The position numbers and the translations under genes were made by a program. From Alphaproteobacteria bacterium (GTDB lineage Bacteria > Pseudomonadota > Alphaproteobacteria > CALKHQ01), in the NCBI GenBank assembly GCA_965227515.1, contig CBDDFZ010000002.1:448001-512000 (forward strand): a stretch of 64,000 nucleotides of DNA. The letters are read 5' to 3'. Of the stretch, positions 21,384 through 31,067 are shown one piece after another. A model generated the notes under the pieces. It was not told where the DNA came from. It ran no database searches and saw only the letters and a program-made list of their open reading frames with translations. Each line of letters opens with the position of its first letter. Position 1 is the stretch's first letter.

Positions 21384-21471
21384 CGAAGTCGGCGCCGGCC
21401 CTCTCCCCCACCCGGCCACCCACACAGGATACTACCGTTGGGCGGCCGGGTGGGGGAGAGGGCTGGTGCCG
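21384..21471. repeat. Palindromic REP-like element, copy 1 (clpB upstream region)
   Basis: Long stem CCGGCCCTCTCCCCCACCCGGCC...GGCCGGGTGGGGGAGAGGGCTGG. Near-identical inverted copy at 38103-38188. Confidence 0.85.
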
Positions 21472-21473
21472 CG

Positions 21474-21503
21474 AGATGGGCCGGGTGGCCCATTGAGTTC
21501 AAC
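21474..21503 (-). promoter_or_regulatory. Putative sigma-32 (RpoH) promoter of clpB
   Basis: Minus strand GTTGAA-N17-CCCATCT resembles the RpoH consensus CTTGAA...CCCATnT, upstream of a heat-shock gene. Confidence 0.55.
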
Positions 21504-21649
21504 AGAACGACCCGCTGCGCCAGAGGAGGCAACAATGCCGTTTCGCGCCAACGGATCCGTTGATCGTCATCAGGCCATATGGGTGTGGCACATCGGCAAC
21601 ACAACCCCGATTGACAGCCGAAATTGCCGCACCGATAGTCCGCGCCATC

Positions 21650-22405
21650 ATGCCACGCATTACCGACATATTCCGCTACCCGGGGAAGAGCCTGCCGGGC
21701 GAGCGGCTGGCGCGCGCCGTGCTGGCGCCGGGTGCCGTGCTGCCCGGCGACCGGCGGTTTGCGGTTGCCATGGGGGCGGGCGAAAATGGCCAGGGTTGGG
21801 CGAAAAAGACCGCGTTTCTCAACCTGATGCGCCACGAGCGGTTGGCGCTGGTGGACGTCTCGTTCGATGACACGACCGGGGTGATGAGCGTTGCGGCTGA
21901 CGGCCATGCGCCTGTTTCGGGGGATATCTCGAAGGACGAGGGCAGGGCGGCTGTCGAGGCATTCTTCACCGGCATGTTCGCCGACGAACTGGATGGGGCA
22001 CCTGCGCGGCTGTGCGACGGCACTGACAGCGAGACCGCCTTCACCGACGAGGCTGACGCCTATGTCTCCATCATTAACCGCGCCAGCGTGGCGGCGCTGG
22101 AGGCCAAGGTCGGCCAGCCGGTGGACCCAAGGCGCTTTCGCGGCAACATCCTGATCGACGGCGGCGACGCCTGGGCGGAGTTCGACTGGATCGGCCGCAC
22201 CGTGCGTGTGGGCGCGGCCACGCTGGAGATCGTGGAGCGGATCGAGCGCTGTGCCGCCACCAACGTCAATCCGGACACCGCCGCGCGCGACCTCAACCTG
22301 CCGAAGGCGCTGTCGCAGGGCTTCGGCCACGTCGACATGGGCGTGTTCGGCCGCGTGGTCGATGGCGGCGCGATCGCGGTTGGCGACGCACTGGAGCCCG
22401 TATGA
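21650..22405 (+). CDS. MOSC domain protein
   Basis: IFRYPGKSL, GDRRFA, RRFRGNI, RCAATNVNP. Confidence 0.9.
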   Translation: MPRITDIFRYPGKSLPGERLARAVLAPGAVLPGDRRFAVAMGAGENGQGWAKKTAFLNLMRHERLALVDVSFDDTTGVMSVAADGHAPVSGDISKDEGRAAVEAFFTGMFADELDGAPARLCDGTDSETAFTDEADAYVSIINRASVAALEAKVGQPVDPRRFRGNILIDGGDAWAEFDWIGRTVRVGAATLEIVERIERCAATNVNPDTAARDLNLPKALSQGFGHVDMGVFGRVVDGGAIAVGDALEPV

Positions 22406-23037
22406 CCGAGACGCCCATCGATGCCCCTGATGGCGCCTATCGCGAGCGCGCCATCGTGCCGGCGAGGACCGCGTTGCTGTCGGTCGATATGCAGAATCTG
22501 GAGCTGGCGCCGGCACGGCTGGCCGAGGCCGACCCGGCCTATGCCGCGCGCATCCAGCAGGTGGTGATCCCGGCGCAGCAGCGCATGCAGGCCGCCGCGC
22601 GCGCCGCCGGCATCGAGGTCATGTTCACCGTGATCGAGAGCCTGACCCAGGACGGCCGCGACCGCAGCCTGGACCACAAGATCAGCCGGCTCAACGCGCC
22701 GAAGGGCTCGTTCGACGCCCAGGTCATCGACGCGGTGGCGCCGGTGGGCGACGAGATCGTGATCCCGAAGACCTCGTCGGGCGTCTTCAACTCCACCAAC
22801 ATCGACTACGTGCTGCGCAATCTAGGCGTCGAGTACCTGGTCATCTATGGCGTGCTGACCGACCAGTGCGTGGAGTCCGCCGTGCGCGACGCCGCCGACC
22901 GTGGGTTCCTGGTCACCATGGTGGAGGACGCTTGCGCCGCCCATACCGCCGAAGAGCACGACGCCAGCATCCTGGCCATGGGCGGGCACTACGCGCGCTG
23001 CCGCACCGCCGCCCAGGTGATCGCCGAGATGGGCTGA
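22402..23037 (+). CDS. Isochorismatase-family cysteine hydrolase
   Basis: ALLSVDMQN, PKTSSGVF, GVLTDQCVESAVRDA. Confidence 0.9.
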   Translation: MTETPIDAPDGAYRERAIVPARTALLSVDMQNLELAPARLAEADPAYAARIQQVVIPAQQRMQAAARAAGIEVMFTVIESLTQDGRDRSLDHKISRLNAPKGSFDAQVIDAVAPVGDEIVIPKTSSGVFNSTNIDYVLRNLGVEYLVIYGVLTDQCVESAVRDAADRGFLVTMVEDACAAHTAEEHDASILAMGGHYARCRTAAQVIAEMG

Positions 23038-23056
23038 CGCCCCAAGCGAGCTGCGC

Positions 23057-23764
23057 TCACACCGAGATCGCGTTGTTCATCACGTTGGCGACCACGGCCG
23101 CGGACTCCGGCCTGACCTCGATCTTCTCGGATTTCAGGTAGTCGATCAGGCCGTTCACGTCGGTGTGCTCGCTGCTGCCGCCGGAGATCAGCATCACGTA
23201 GTTGGCGCTCGCCGCCGCCATGTTCGCCACCGACTTCACGTAGAGCCGCGGTGTCGTCTTGTCGTTGACGTAAACACCCAGCGACACGAACTCGCCCAGG
23301 TCACCCAGGCTGTTGAACTGTTTGATGGCCGCCTTTTGCACCGTGTACATGGACGAGCCCAGCTCACCGGTCATGGTTCCGGAAGCGGACCCGTAGTGGG
23401 CCAGCATGGTGGCCGGCTTCACCCGGCCGCTGACCAGCAGGCTGCGGCAACTGGGAATGAAGCCGGCGCTGAAGCAGCAGTCCAGCACGATGCACCAGGC
23501 CTGGATGTTCAGGCTCAAGAGCTTGGCGAGCAGCAGTTCGGCGGCATCGGCGCCCAGACCGTTGAGCCTTGTCGGCTTGCCACCGACGAAGTTGCCGTGG
23601 CTGCCGCTCATGACCAGATAGTCGATCTCGCCACGGTGGGTGTCGGGGATCGACGTCACGTCGACTTCGGCCGCATTGGCCGGGTAGGTGATGACGTGGG
23701 CGGTGGGTATCTTGGCCTGCAAATGGGGCTCTTGGTTGCACAACAGTTGAATGATCTTGGCCAT
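23057..23764 (-). CDS. Hypothetical protein with caspase-like (clan CD) His-Cys dyad
   Basis: YLVMSGSHG and CIVLDCCFSAG motifs about 40 aa apart; GGAGGAG SD upstream. Confidence 0.55.
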   Translation of the reverse strand: MAKIIQLLCNQEPHLQAKIPTAHVITYPANAAEVDVTSIPDTHRGEIDYLVMSGSHGNFVGGKPTRLNGLGADAAELLLAKLLSLNIQAWCIVLDCCFSAGFIPSCRSLLVSGRVKPATMLAHYGSASGTMTGELGSSMYTVQKAAIKQFNSLGDLGEFVSLGVYVNDKTTPRLYVKSVANMAAASANYVMLISGGSSEHTDVNGLIDYLKSEKIEVRPESAAVVANVMNNAISV

Positions 23765-23865
23765 CGTTGGCTCCTCCGATCAGCCCCCCGCTACGTGACG
23801 CTATCTTACCTCACCTGCCTGATAGAATTATGACGATTAAGGCTTACCCCGTTGTGGTGTGCGCC

Positions 23866-24753
23866 CTACTCCTGCTTCGCGGCTTCCAGGGCGCGGCGGA
23901 CCTTGCGGGCGCGGGCGAACAGGTCGAACAGAGTGTCGCCGTCCGAGCGCCGGATCGCGCGCCGGAACTTGGTCATGTCCTCGTCGAAGCGGGCGATCAC
24001 CTCCAGCACCGCGTCGCGGTTGTCGACGAAGATGTCCCTCCACATCGTGGGGTCGGAGGCGGCGATGCGGGTGAAGTCGCGGAAGCCGGCGGCGGCGAAG
24101 CGGATCACGTCCGACTGCAGCTCGTCCTCCAGCTCATGGGCGGTATCGACGATGGTGTAGGCGATCAGGTGCGGCAGGTGGCTGGTGATCGCCAACACCA
24201 TGTCGTGGTGGCCGGCCTCCATCACTGCCACCTCCATGCCGCACGCTTCCCACATCGCGCGCACCCGCGCGACCGCATCCGGGTCGCATGCCGCGTCCGG
24301 CGTCAGCACGCACCAGCGGCCGTCGAACACCTCGGCGATGGCGGCGTCAGGGCCGGAGTTCTCGGTCCCGGCGATCGGATGGCCAGGCACGAAATGCACG
24401 CGGTCGGGCAGCAGCGGCGCCAAGGCCGCGATGGCGGTGGCCTTGACCGAGCCGACGTCGGTGACGATGGCGCCCGGTTCCAGCGCGTCGGCGATGGCGG
24501 TCCCGACACCGGCATAGGCGCCCATAGGCACCGAGATCACCACCAGGTCGGCGCCGCGCACCGCCTCTGCGGGGTCGGTGGTGCCGCTGTCGACCAGCCC
24601 CAGCTCCTGTGCCCGGGCCACCGTTTCCGGCTTGCGCGCGCAGCCGACGATGTGGCCGGCCATGCCCTCGCGCTTCAGGCACAGCGCCAGCGAGCCGCCG
24701 ATGCCGCCGATGCCGATGATCGCGGCACGGTCGAAGGAGACGGGCGCGGTCAC
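23866..24753 (-). CDS. tyrC: Prephenate/arogenate (cyclohexadienyl) dehydrogenase
   Basis: GIGGIGGS, TDVGSVK, HPIAGTENSG, SHLPHLIAY, GFRDFTRIAASDP. Confidence 0.93.
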   Translation of the reverse strand: MTAPVSFDRAAIIGIGGIGGSLALCLKREGMAGHIVGCARKPETVARAQELGLVDSGTTDPAEAVRGADLVVISVPMGAYAGVGTAIADALEPGAIVTDVGSVKATAIAALAPLLPDRVHFVPGHPIAGTENSGPDAAIAEVFDGRWCVLTPDAACDPDAVARVRAMWEACGMEVAVMEAGHHDMVLAITSHLPHLIAYTIVDTAHELEDELQSDVIRFAAAGFRDFTRIAASDPTMWRDIFVDNRDAVLEVIARFDEDMTKFRRAIRRSDGDTLFDLFARARKVRRALEAAKQE

Positions 24754-25907
24754 GTTTCGACGAAGGCCTTCAGCGCGTCGACCACGGCCTGGTTCTCGTC
24801 GGCCAGTCCGACGGTGATGCGCAGGCAGTCAGGCAGGCCGTAGGGCACCACCGGGCGCACGATGATGCCCTTGTCGGCCAGCGCCTGCAGGGCGGCCGTC
24901 GCGCGGTCGGCGCTGTCGAACCGGGCCAGCACGAAGTTGCCGGCGTCGCCCACCACCGGCATGCCGAGGTCGGTGATCTGGCCGGCGAGCCAGGGCCGCC
25001 ACTCGTCGTTGTGCGCCTTGGAGCGGTTGACGAAGTCTATGTCAGTCACCGCCGCCGTCGCCGCCACCTGGCCGGCCGCGTTGACGTTGAACGGCCCGCG
25101 GATGCGGTTCAGCACAGCGGCCACCGTCGGCGGGAAATAGCCCCAGCCGACCCTGAGCGCGGCAAGCCCGTGGATCTTGGAGAAGGTGCGCAGCATGACC
25201 GTGTTCTCATGCCCGCCGATGGACGCGGTGACCAGGCTCGCGCCGTCGTCGTAGTCCGCCTGGTCCATGTATTCGGCATAGGCGCTGTCGATCACCAGCA
25301 GTACGCGCTCCGGCAGTTCGGCGCGCAGCCGCGCCATCTCCGCACTGTCGATCCAGGTGCCGGTCGGGTTGTTCGGGTTGGCGACATAGACGATGCGCGT
25401 GCGCTCGGTCACCGCGCCCAGCAGGGCATCGACATCGGTCGTGCAGTCGCGCTCCGCCGCCGCCACCGGGGTGGCGCCGACCGCCATCGCCGACAGCCGG
25501 TACATCAGGAACCCGTGGGCCGGGAAGAGGATCTCGTTGCCCAGGCCGGCGTAGCCGCGCGCGATCAGGCCGATCAACTCGTCGGAGCCGGTGCCGCAAA
25601 CCACATAGGCGGGGTCGATGCCATGGGCCTCGCCGATGGCATTGCGCAGCGCCGCGGCATCGCCGTCCGGGTAGAGATGCAGCTTGTCGCTCATCCGCGC
25701 CAGTGCGGCGCGGGCCAGCGGGCCGGTGCCGAGCGGGTTCTCGTTGGAGGCAAGGCGGATGACACGGCTGTGGCCGGCCAGCGACTGGCCGCCGGGGACA
25801 TAGGGCGCGATATCCATGATGCCGGGGCGGACCAGTGGGCGTGCGATGGTCAGCCGGTCGGCCAACGCATCGCCGCCGGTGCCAGGCGTGGTGGGTGCAT
25901 CGGTCAT
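24750..25907 (-). CDS. hisC: Histidinol-phosphate aminotransferase
   Basis: LASNENPLG, GTGSDEL, ANPNNPTG, DSAYAEY, RTFSKIHGLAALRVGW. Confidence 0.95.
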   Translation of the reverse strand: MTDAPTTPGTGGDALADRLTIARPLVRPGIMDIAPYVPGGQSLAGHSRVIRLASNENPLGTGPLARAALARMSDKLHLYPDGDAAALRNAIGEAHGIDPAYVVCGTGSDELIGLIARGYAGLGNEILFPAHGFLMYRLSAMAVGATPVAAAERDCTTDVDALLGAVTERTRIVYVANPNNPTGTWIDSAEMARLRAELPERVLLVIDSAYAEYMDQADYDDGASLVTASIGGHENTVMLRTFSKIHGLAALRVGWGYFPPTVAAVLNRIRGPFNVNAAGQVAATAAVTDIDFVNRSKAHNDEWRPWLAGQITDLGMPVVGDAGNFVLARFDSADRATAALQALADKGIIVRPVVPYGLPDCLRITVGLADENQAVVDALKAFVET

Positions 25908-26866
25908 GCCGACAGTTCCGTCAGTTCGCGGTCCGGCGCCGTGCCGGCGGTGGCCGGCGCCAGGTTGAGCGGTGCCGGGTAGGCGCCCAGATGATGGATC
26001 GCCTCGATGCCCTCGCGGCTGCCGCCGACGATGGCCTCCAGGCGCGGGTCGGTCTCGGTGACATAGCCCTCCACCTCCACCAGCACCATTTGCGCCGGCG
26101 CGTCCTTCGCCAGGACCTGGGAGGCAAGTCCCGTCGGCGGCATGTCGTACTTGGCGAATGCCGCGGCCACGGAGGCGCGGCTGATGTCGCGGCCAAAGCG
26201 CACCGCCAGAAGCGAACGGTCGTCGCCGCTCGGCTCGGGGCGCGGGTCGACGGCAATCGCCATCGCGCCGTCGGACAGATGGGCGTCGCCGGACACCGTG
26301 AACGGCAGGCGCAGGATGACGCGCAGGCGCTGCGGCGAGGTGTCGATCAGCGTCGCCCACCACGGCGCGGCCTCGCCGTCCTGGGGTGCCGGCATCACGC
26401 CGATGGCGTGCTCGCCCTCGCGCAACATCCGGAACACGCTGGCCGGATCGTCGCAGCGGTCGATGCTGTTGGCGTGGCCGAAATGATCGCGGGCATGGTC
26501 CCAACACGCCGGCAGGTCATCGGGCACGTAGGCGGCGACCCTGAGCCTGCCCTGCAGCGAGATCGAGGCGCCGATCAGCTCGCGCCAGATCTGGACCACG
26601 GCGGCATCGGGTGCCACCCGCTCGGGGTCGGCCAGCAGGCGGCGCAGGATCTTGGCCTCGCGCGCCGGGCGCACCGCATCGACCACCCGACTCAGGCGCT
26701 TGGCCTGCGCCACCGCGCCGGCCAGCGCGGTACGTTCCTCGATCAGGCGGTGTATCTCGTCGTCCAGACCGTCGATGCGCGCGCGCACCTTGGCCAAGGC
26801 CTCGTCGTCCAATGTGCGTTCGCCGCACCAATCGCTGGGTTCATCGGGGTCTTGGACGTCTGTCAT
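25904..26866 (-). CDS. Chorismate mutase (alphaproteobacterial type with C-terminal extension)
   Basis: LAKVRARIDGLDDEIHRLIEER...RPAREAKILRRL...IWRELI, in the conserved CM-hisC-tyrC operon. Confidence 0.88.
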   Translation of the reverse strand: MTDVQDPDEPSDWCGERTLDDEALAKVRARIDGLDDEIHRLIEERTALAGAVAQAKRLSRVVDAVRPAREAKILRRLLADPERVAPDAAVVQIWRELIGASISLQGRLRVAAYVPDDLPACWDHARDHFGHANSIDRCDDPASVFRMLREGEHAIGVMPAPQDGEAAPWWATLIDTSPQRLRVILRLPFTVSGDAHLSDGAMAIAVDPRPEPSGDDRSLLAVRFGRDISRASVAAAFAKYDMPPTGLASQVLAKDAPAQMVLVEVEGYVTETDPRLEAIVGGSREGIEAIHHLGAYPAPLNLAPATAGTAPDRELTELSA

Positions 26867-26882
26867 GATCTGGTCCGTGGTG

Positions 26883-26927
26883 GTCGGTGCACCCGCTCGG
26901 CGCACCTGGTCGGCGCACCCGGTCGGC
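26883..26927. repeat. 13-bp imperfect tandem repeat, ~3.5 copies
   Basis: GTCGGTGCACCCG / CTCGGCGCACCTG / GTCGGCGCACCCG / GTCGGC. Confidence 0.8.
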
Positions 26928-27139
26928 AACGCACGCACGTTGTATTGTCGGGCAAGCGATGACGCAAAGTCAAAGCTGTCGCGCGGTGGTAGCAGGCGTT
27001 CCGTGCGGCACCGATCACGCGCCGTTCAAGCTTTTGCGGCTGGGCCGATTTCGCTCAGGTTTGGCTTGACCGGCCTGCTGGGACGTGAAAAGCAATTCCG
27101 TTTCAGGCTGTTCAGAGCTAGGCAGGGATACCAGCCCCA

Positions 27140-28315
27140 ATGTCGCAGACCGCCATGGCGCAGGATCGCGCGGAACCGGCGACCCGGCAATTGCCCGGGT
27201 CGCGGGCGTTGTTGGCGACCGAAGAGCCGTTCCGCCTGGAATCCGGCGCGACCCTGTCGCCGGTCACGGTCGCCTACCAGACCTATGGCGAGATGAATGC
27301 CGACAAGTCCAATGTCATCCTGGTCTGCCACGCGCTGACCGGCGACCAGTTCGCCGCCGAGCGCCATCCGATCACCGGCAAGCCCGGCTGGTGGGACATG
27401 GTGGTGGGGCCTGGGTTGCCGCTGGACACCGACCGCTTCTGCATATTGCTGTCGAACGTGTTGGGTGGCTGCATGGGCACCACTGGCCCGTCGGACATCA
27501 ATCCGGCCACCGGCAAGCGCTGGAACCTGGACTTTCCGGTGGTCACCATCGCCGACATGGTGCGCGCCCAAGTGCTGCTGATCGACCATCTGGGGATCGA
27601 CAAGCTGTTCTGCGTCATCGGCGGATCGATGGGCGCGATGCAGGTGCTGCAATGGGCGGCGAGCTATCCGGACCGGGTGCTGACGGCGGTCCCGATTGCC
27701 GGCTCCGCCCGCCACACGGCCCAGAACATCGCGTTTCACGAGGTCGGGCGGCAGGCGATCATGGCCGACCGCGACTGGTGCGCCGGCGCCTATGCCGACC
27801 TGGGCCGCAACCCGACCCGGGGGCTGGCAGTGGCGCGGATGACCGCGCACGTGACCTACCTGTCGGAGATGGCGCTGCAGCGCAAGTTCGGCCGGCGGTT
27901 GCAGGACCGCACGGCGGTCACCTTCGGCTTCGATGCCGACTTCCAGGTCGAGAGCTACCTGCGCCACCAGGGCAGCACCTTCGTCGACCGGTTCGACGCC
28001 AACTCCTACCTCTACATCACCCGCGCCATGGACTATTTCGACCTGGCGGCGGAGTACGGCGGCGACCTTCAGGCCGCGTTCAAGGACACGCCGGTCAGTT
28101 TCTGCGTGATCTCGTTTTCCGGCGACTGGCTGTTCCCGACCAGCGAGAGCCGGGACGTCGTGCGTGCCCTGAACGCCAACGGCGCCCGGGTGACGTTCGT
28201 CGACATCGACAGCGACAAGGGCCACGACGCCTTCCTGCTGGACGAGCCGGATTTCCACCGCACGCTGGCCGGGTTCCTGGACGGTGCCGCGCGCAATCTG
28301 GCGCCGCCCGCCTGA
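27140..28315 (+). CDS. metX: Homoserine O-acetyltransferase
   Basis: [40 protein letters not shown]. Confidence 0.95.
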   Translation: MSQTAMAQDRAEPATRQLPGSRALLATEEPFRLESGATLSPVTVAYQTYGEMNADKSNVILVCHALTGDQFAAERHPITGKPGWWDMVVGPGLPLDTDRFCILLSNVLGGCMGTTGPSDINPATGKRWNLDFPVVTIADMVRAQVLLIDHLGIDKLFCVIGGSMGAMQVLQWAASYPDRVLTAVPIAGSARHTAQNIAFHEVGRQAIMADRDWCAGAYADLGRNPTRGLAVARMTAHVTYLSEMALQRKFGRRLQDRTAVTFGFDADFQVESYLRHQGSTFVDRFDANSYLYITRAMDYFDLAAEYGGDLQAAFKDTPVSFCVISFSGDWLFPTSESRDVVRALNANGARVTFVDIDSDKGHDAFLLDEPDFHRTLAGFLDGAARNLAPPA

Positions 28316-28491
28316 GCCGAGCACAGCCAGGTCATCCGATTGCGAACGATGCCGCCATTGGGTATCACTGCACGCCTGCGCGGCCCAATCGACGCACATG
28401 CGTGGCAGATTGGGCGCGATGGCGTTTCCAATACATGACACCCGTCACGTGTTACGCGAAGGCCCGTCACTTGTTACGCGAAGGATTGTCG

Positions 28492-29436
28492 ATGAACACG
28501 CAGGTCATGCCCGGTCACGTCTGGCAGCGCCGCTGGCTCAAGCTGATCGCGGCCGGCGCCATCGCCGCCGCCGCAATCGGCCCCGCCAGCGCCGACCTTG
28601 GCACGCTGATCGAGAACGTCCAGTCCGACTACAACGACATCTACATCCACGAGAACGCCGACGGCTACCGGACCATGGTGTTCGGCTACCAGACATACGG
28701 CTATACGGAATCGGTCTACAACATCAACGACCCGACCGAGCTGCCGGTCCGCTACACGCGCCGGATCATGGCCGCCCTGGCCTATCCGCTGCAGGTCAAT
28801 GACGCCATGTTCATCGGACTCGGCGGCGGCCGCACCTCCTGGTACATCCACCACTACATGCCGGAAGTGAACATCCAGGCGGTGGAACTGGACCCGGAGG
28901 TCTACAAATTCGCGCAGGAATATTTCGGCATCGTCGAGGACGAGAACTACCGCGTCGACGTCAGGGACGGCCGCATCCACGCAATGCTGAACGACGCGAC
29001 CTACGATTTGGTCGTGGTCGATGCCTATCGCGGGCCGTTCGTGCCGTTCCACCTGATGACGGTGGAGTTCTACGAGCTGCTGAAGACGCGCCTGAACGAG
29101 GGCGGCGTGGTGGCGCAGAACATTGAGCCGTCGACCATGCTGTTCCAGGCCGCCGCCGCCACCCTGCAGGAGGTGTTCGACAACGTCGACTTCTACCCGG
29201 CCGGCGGCAATGTGGTCGCCATCGCCTATGACGGGCCGGCCCATTCCGACGAGGACCTGAAGGCGCGCGGCGCTGCGATCACCGCGGAGTTCGGCCTGCG
29301 CTATCCGATCGAGGACCTGGTCGACGGCAAGGTCGCGTACGAGCTGTCGGAGGATGCGGAGTATCTGACCGACGATTTCGCGCCGGTGAACACGCTGATG
29401 ATGATCGAGGCGCACAACGAGCCACTGGCCGAATAG
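28492..29436 (+). CDS. Exported spermidine-synthase-like SAM-dependent transferase domain
   Basis: Signal peptide QRRWLKLIAAGAIAAAAIGPASA; FIGLGGG, VELDPEV, DGR, VDAY, PFHLMTVEFY, LTDDFAPVN. Confidence 0.85.
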   Translation: MNTQVMPGHVWQRRWLKLIAAGAIAAAAIGPASADLGTLIENVQSDYNDIYIHENADGYRTMVFGYQTYGYTESVYNINDPTELPVRYTRRIMAALAYPLQVNDAMFIGLGGGRTSWYIHHYMPEVNIQAVELDPEVYKFAQEYFGIVEDENYRVDVRDGRIHAMLNDATYDLVVVDAYRGPFVPFHLMTVEFYELLKTRLNEGGVVAQNIEPSTMLFQAAAATLQEVFDNVDFYPAGGNVVAIAYDGPAHSDEDLKARGAAITAEFGLRYPIEDLVDGKVAYELSEDAEYLTDDFAPVNTLMMIEAHNEPLAE

Positions 29437-29477
29437 CCGCGGGCGCGGGTTCGGCGACATCCGGAAAGTTCCCTGAC

Positions 29478-31001
29478 ATGCGAATACAAGTGGCTTTCAT
29501 TTACCTGACCGCATTCGTGCTGGGCAATGTGGTCATGGGTTACGAGATGATCGCCATCCGCTTCCTGACCCCCTATTTCGGCAGTGGGGTGGAGGCCTGG
29601 TCCGGGCTCATTTCGATATTTCTGCTTGCGTTGATGGTCGGTTACTATTGCGGCGGATATATAGCCGACAAAGTAAAGAACGCATGGGTTGTGCCGCTCA
29701 TATTCTTGTCGGCGGCTGTCTTCTTTTTTGTGTTCCCGCCATTTCGGCAGGGCGTCATCCTTTGGATTGCCGAGGTCTTTGGCGTCGAGCTGGTCGGTAT
29801 TCTGTTGGCCTCGATCACCGCGGCGATGATTCCGCTGTTGTCGCTTGGCATGTTTCTGCCCATCGCCGTGCGCATGTGCCTGCCCGACACGACCCGCGCC
29901 GGGCGCGTTGCCGGCACCCTCTATGCCATCTCGACACTGGGCAACGTGGTCGGCACCCTGGGCACCACGTTCGTCCTGATCCCGGTGTTCTCGCTGACCA
30001 ACATCTCGTTCATCTTCGGCGGCACGACCATCGTCGCGATCCTGCTGTTTCTCTGCTACCGCGGTGTTGCCCGGCGCGCGGCTGTGGCTGGGGCTGCGGC
30101 GTGCGTACTGGCCGTCGGCGTCACGCTGGCCGGCAACTCGCGCCCGGCCATGGCGGAGGACGGGCTGTGCATCCAGGCGGTCTATCCGGAGGGCGCGATC
30201 TGGATCGGCAACGACCTGCTCTATGCCGACATGCGTACCAACGCGCTGCACCGGGTTTCGTCGGCCGGCGACGCTGGTGTGACGCTGCCCTATCCCTGCG
30301 GCCCCACCGCGATCGCGCCCTATGGCGACGGCTACATGATCGCCTGCCACCAGGAGAGCTACCTGCTGCAGGTCGACGAGGCATTCGGCAACGCCACACC
30401 GATCGCCAATCTCTCGGGACTGAGCGAGCGTCCGAGCGGGCCGAACGACTGTTTCGCGGACGGTGACGGCGGTGTCTATTGCTCGTTGCCGGGGCTGTTC
30501 AAGGTGCCGTCAGCCGACGACGGGCTGGTGATTCATGTCGACCCGGCGGGCGACGTCACGGTCATCGCCGACGGTTACCGCTATTCCAATGGCGTCACCC
30601 TGTCGCGCGATGGCACGAAGCTCTACGTGTCGGAGCATCTGGGCGGCCGGGTCACCCAGATCGCGGTCCATGACGACGGCACCTATGGCGCGCCGGAGAC
30701 GTTCGCCGAGGTGACACCGTTCCTGCAAGAGGAAGTGGTGATGTTGCAGCACGCCGGGCCAGACGGCCTGGAAGTGGACGAGTGGGGCAACGTCTATGTC
30801 GCGGTCTACGGCACTGGAAACGTGGTGATCTACGATGCGGACGGCCATCGCAAGCGGGTGCTGCGCAATTTCGCGCCCTACGTCACTAGCGTCGCGATCC
30901 AGGACGAGTTGGGGCTGGTGGCCGTGGTCGGCGCCGGTGACGCCATCGGCGCGCCGCAGCCCTGCAACGTGAACATTTTCCAGTTCCGCGCCGACGGGTA
31001 G
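29478..31001 (+). CDS. Fusion of the spermidine-synthase-associated membrane domain and an SMP-30/gluconolactonase beta-propeller
   Basis: N-terminal MGYEMIAIRFLTPYFGSGVEAWSGLISIFLLALMVGYYCGGYIAD...AGTLYAISTLGNVVGT. C-terminal YPEG, PND, SNGVTLS, GPDGLEVDEWGNVYVA. Confidence 0.8.
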   Translation: MRIQVAFIYLTAFVLGNVVMGYEMIAIRFLTPYFGSGVEAWSGLISIFLLALMVGYYCGGYIADKVKNAWVVPLIFLSAAVFFFVFPPFRQGVILWIAEVFGVELVGILLASITAAMIPLLSLGMFLPIAVRMCLPDTTRAGRVAGTLYAISTLGNVVGTLGTTFVLIPVFSLTNISFIFGGTTIVAILLFLCYRGVARRAAVAGAAACVLAVGVTLAGNSRPAMAEDGLCIQAVYPEGAIWIGNDLLYADMRTNALHRVSSAGDAGVTLPYPCGPTAIAPYGDGYMIACHQESYLLQVDEAFGNATPIANLSGLSERPSGPNDCFADGDGGVYCSLPGLFKVPSADDGLVIHVDPAGDVTVIADGYRYSNGVTLSRDGTKLYVSEHLGGRVTQIAVHDDGTYGAPETFAEVTPFLQEEVVMLQHAGPDGLEVDEWGNVYVAVYGTGNVVIYDADGHRKRVLRNFAPYVTSVAIQDELGLVAVVGAGDAIGAPQPCNVNIFQFRADG

Positions 31002-31067
31002 AAACCGCACGGACGGGCTGGCGCAGACTTCGGCGAAAGCCGATCAATTGATGCGGGAGGGCAGGGC

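Noticed and set aside
21333-21650. CIRCE element upstream of clpB
   Set aside because: No TTAGCACTC-N9-GAGTGCTAA is present; the palindromes here belong to other classes.
22402-23037. Isochorismatase-family gene as the missing nicF of the pyridine cluster
   Set aside because: It lies 20 kb away, coupled to a MOSC gene; family membership alone does not support the link.
26990-27139. SAM riboswitch upstream of metX
   Set aside because: Expected from context, but I could not match the SAM-II/SAM-alpha consensus by eye; an Rfam/Infernal scan is needed.
27085-29436. 783-aa ORF suggesting a large fusion protein
   Set aside because: The first 469 codons are an out-of-frame shadow of metX; the real gene starts at 28492.
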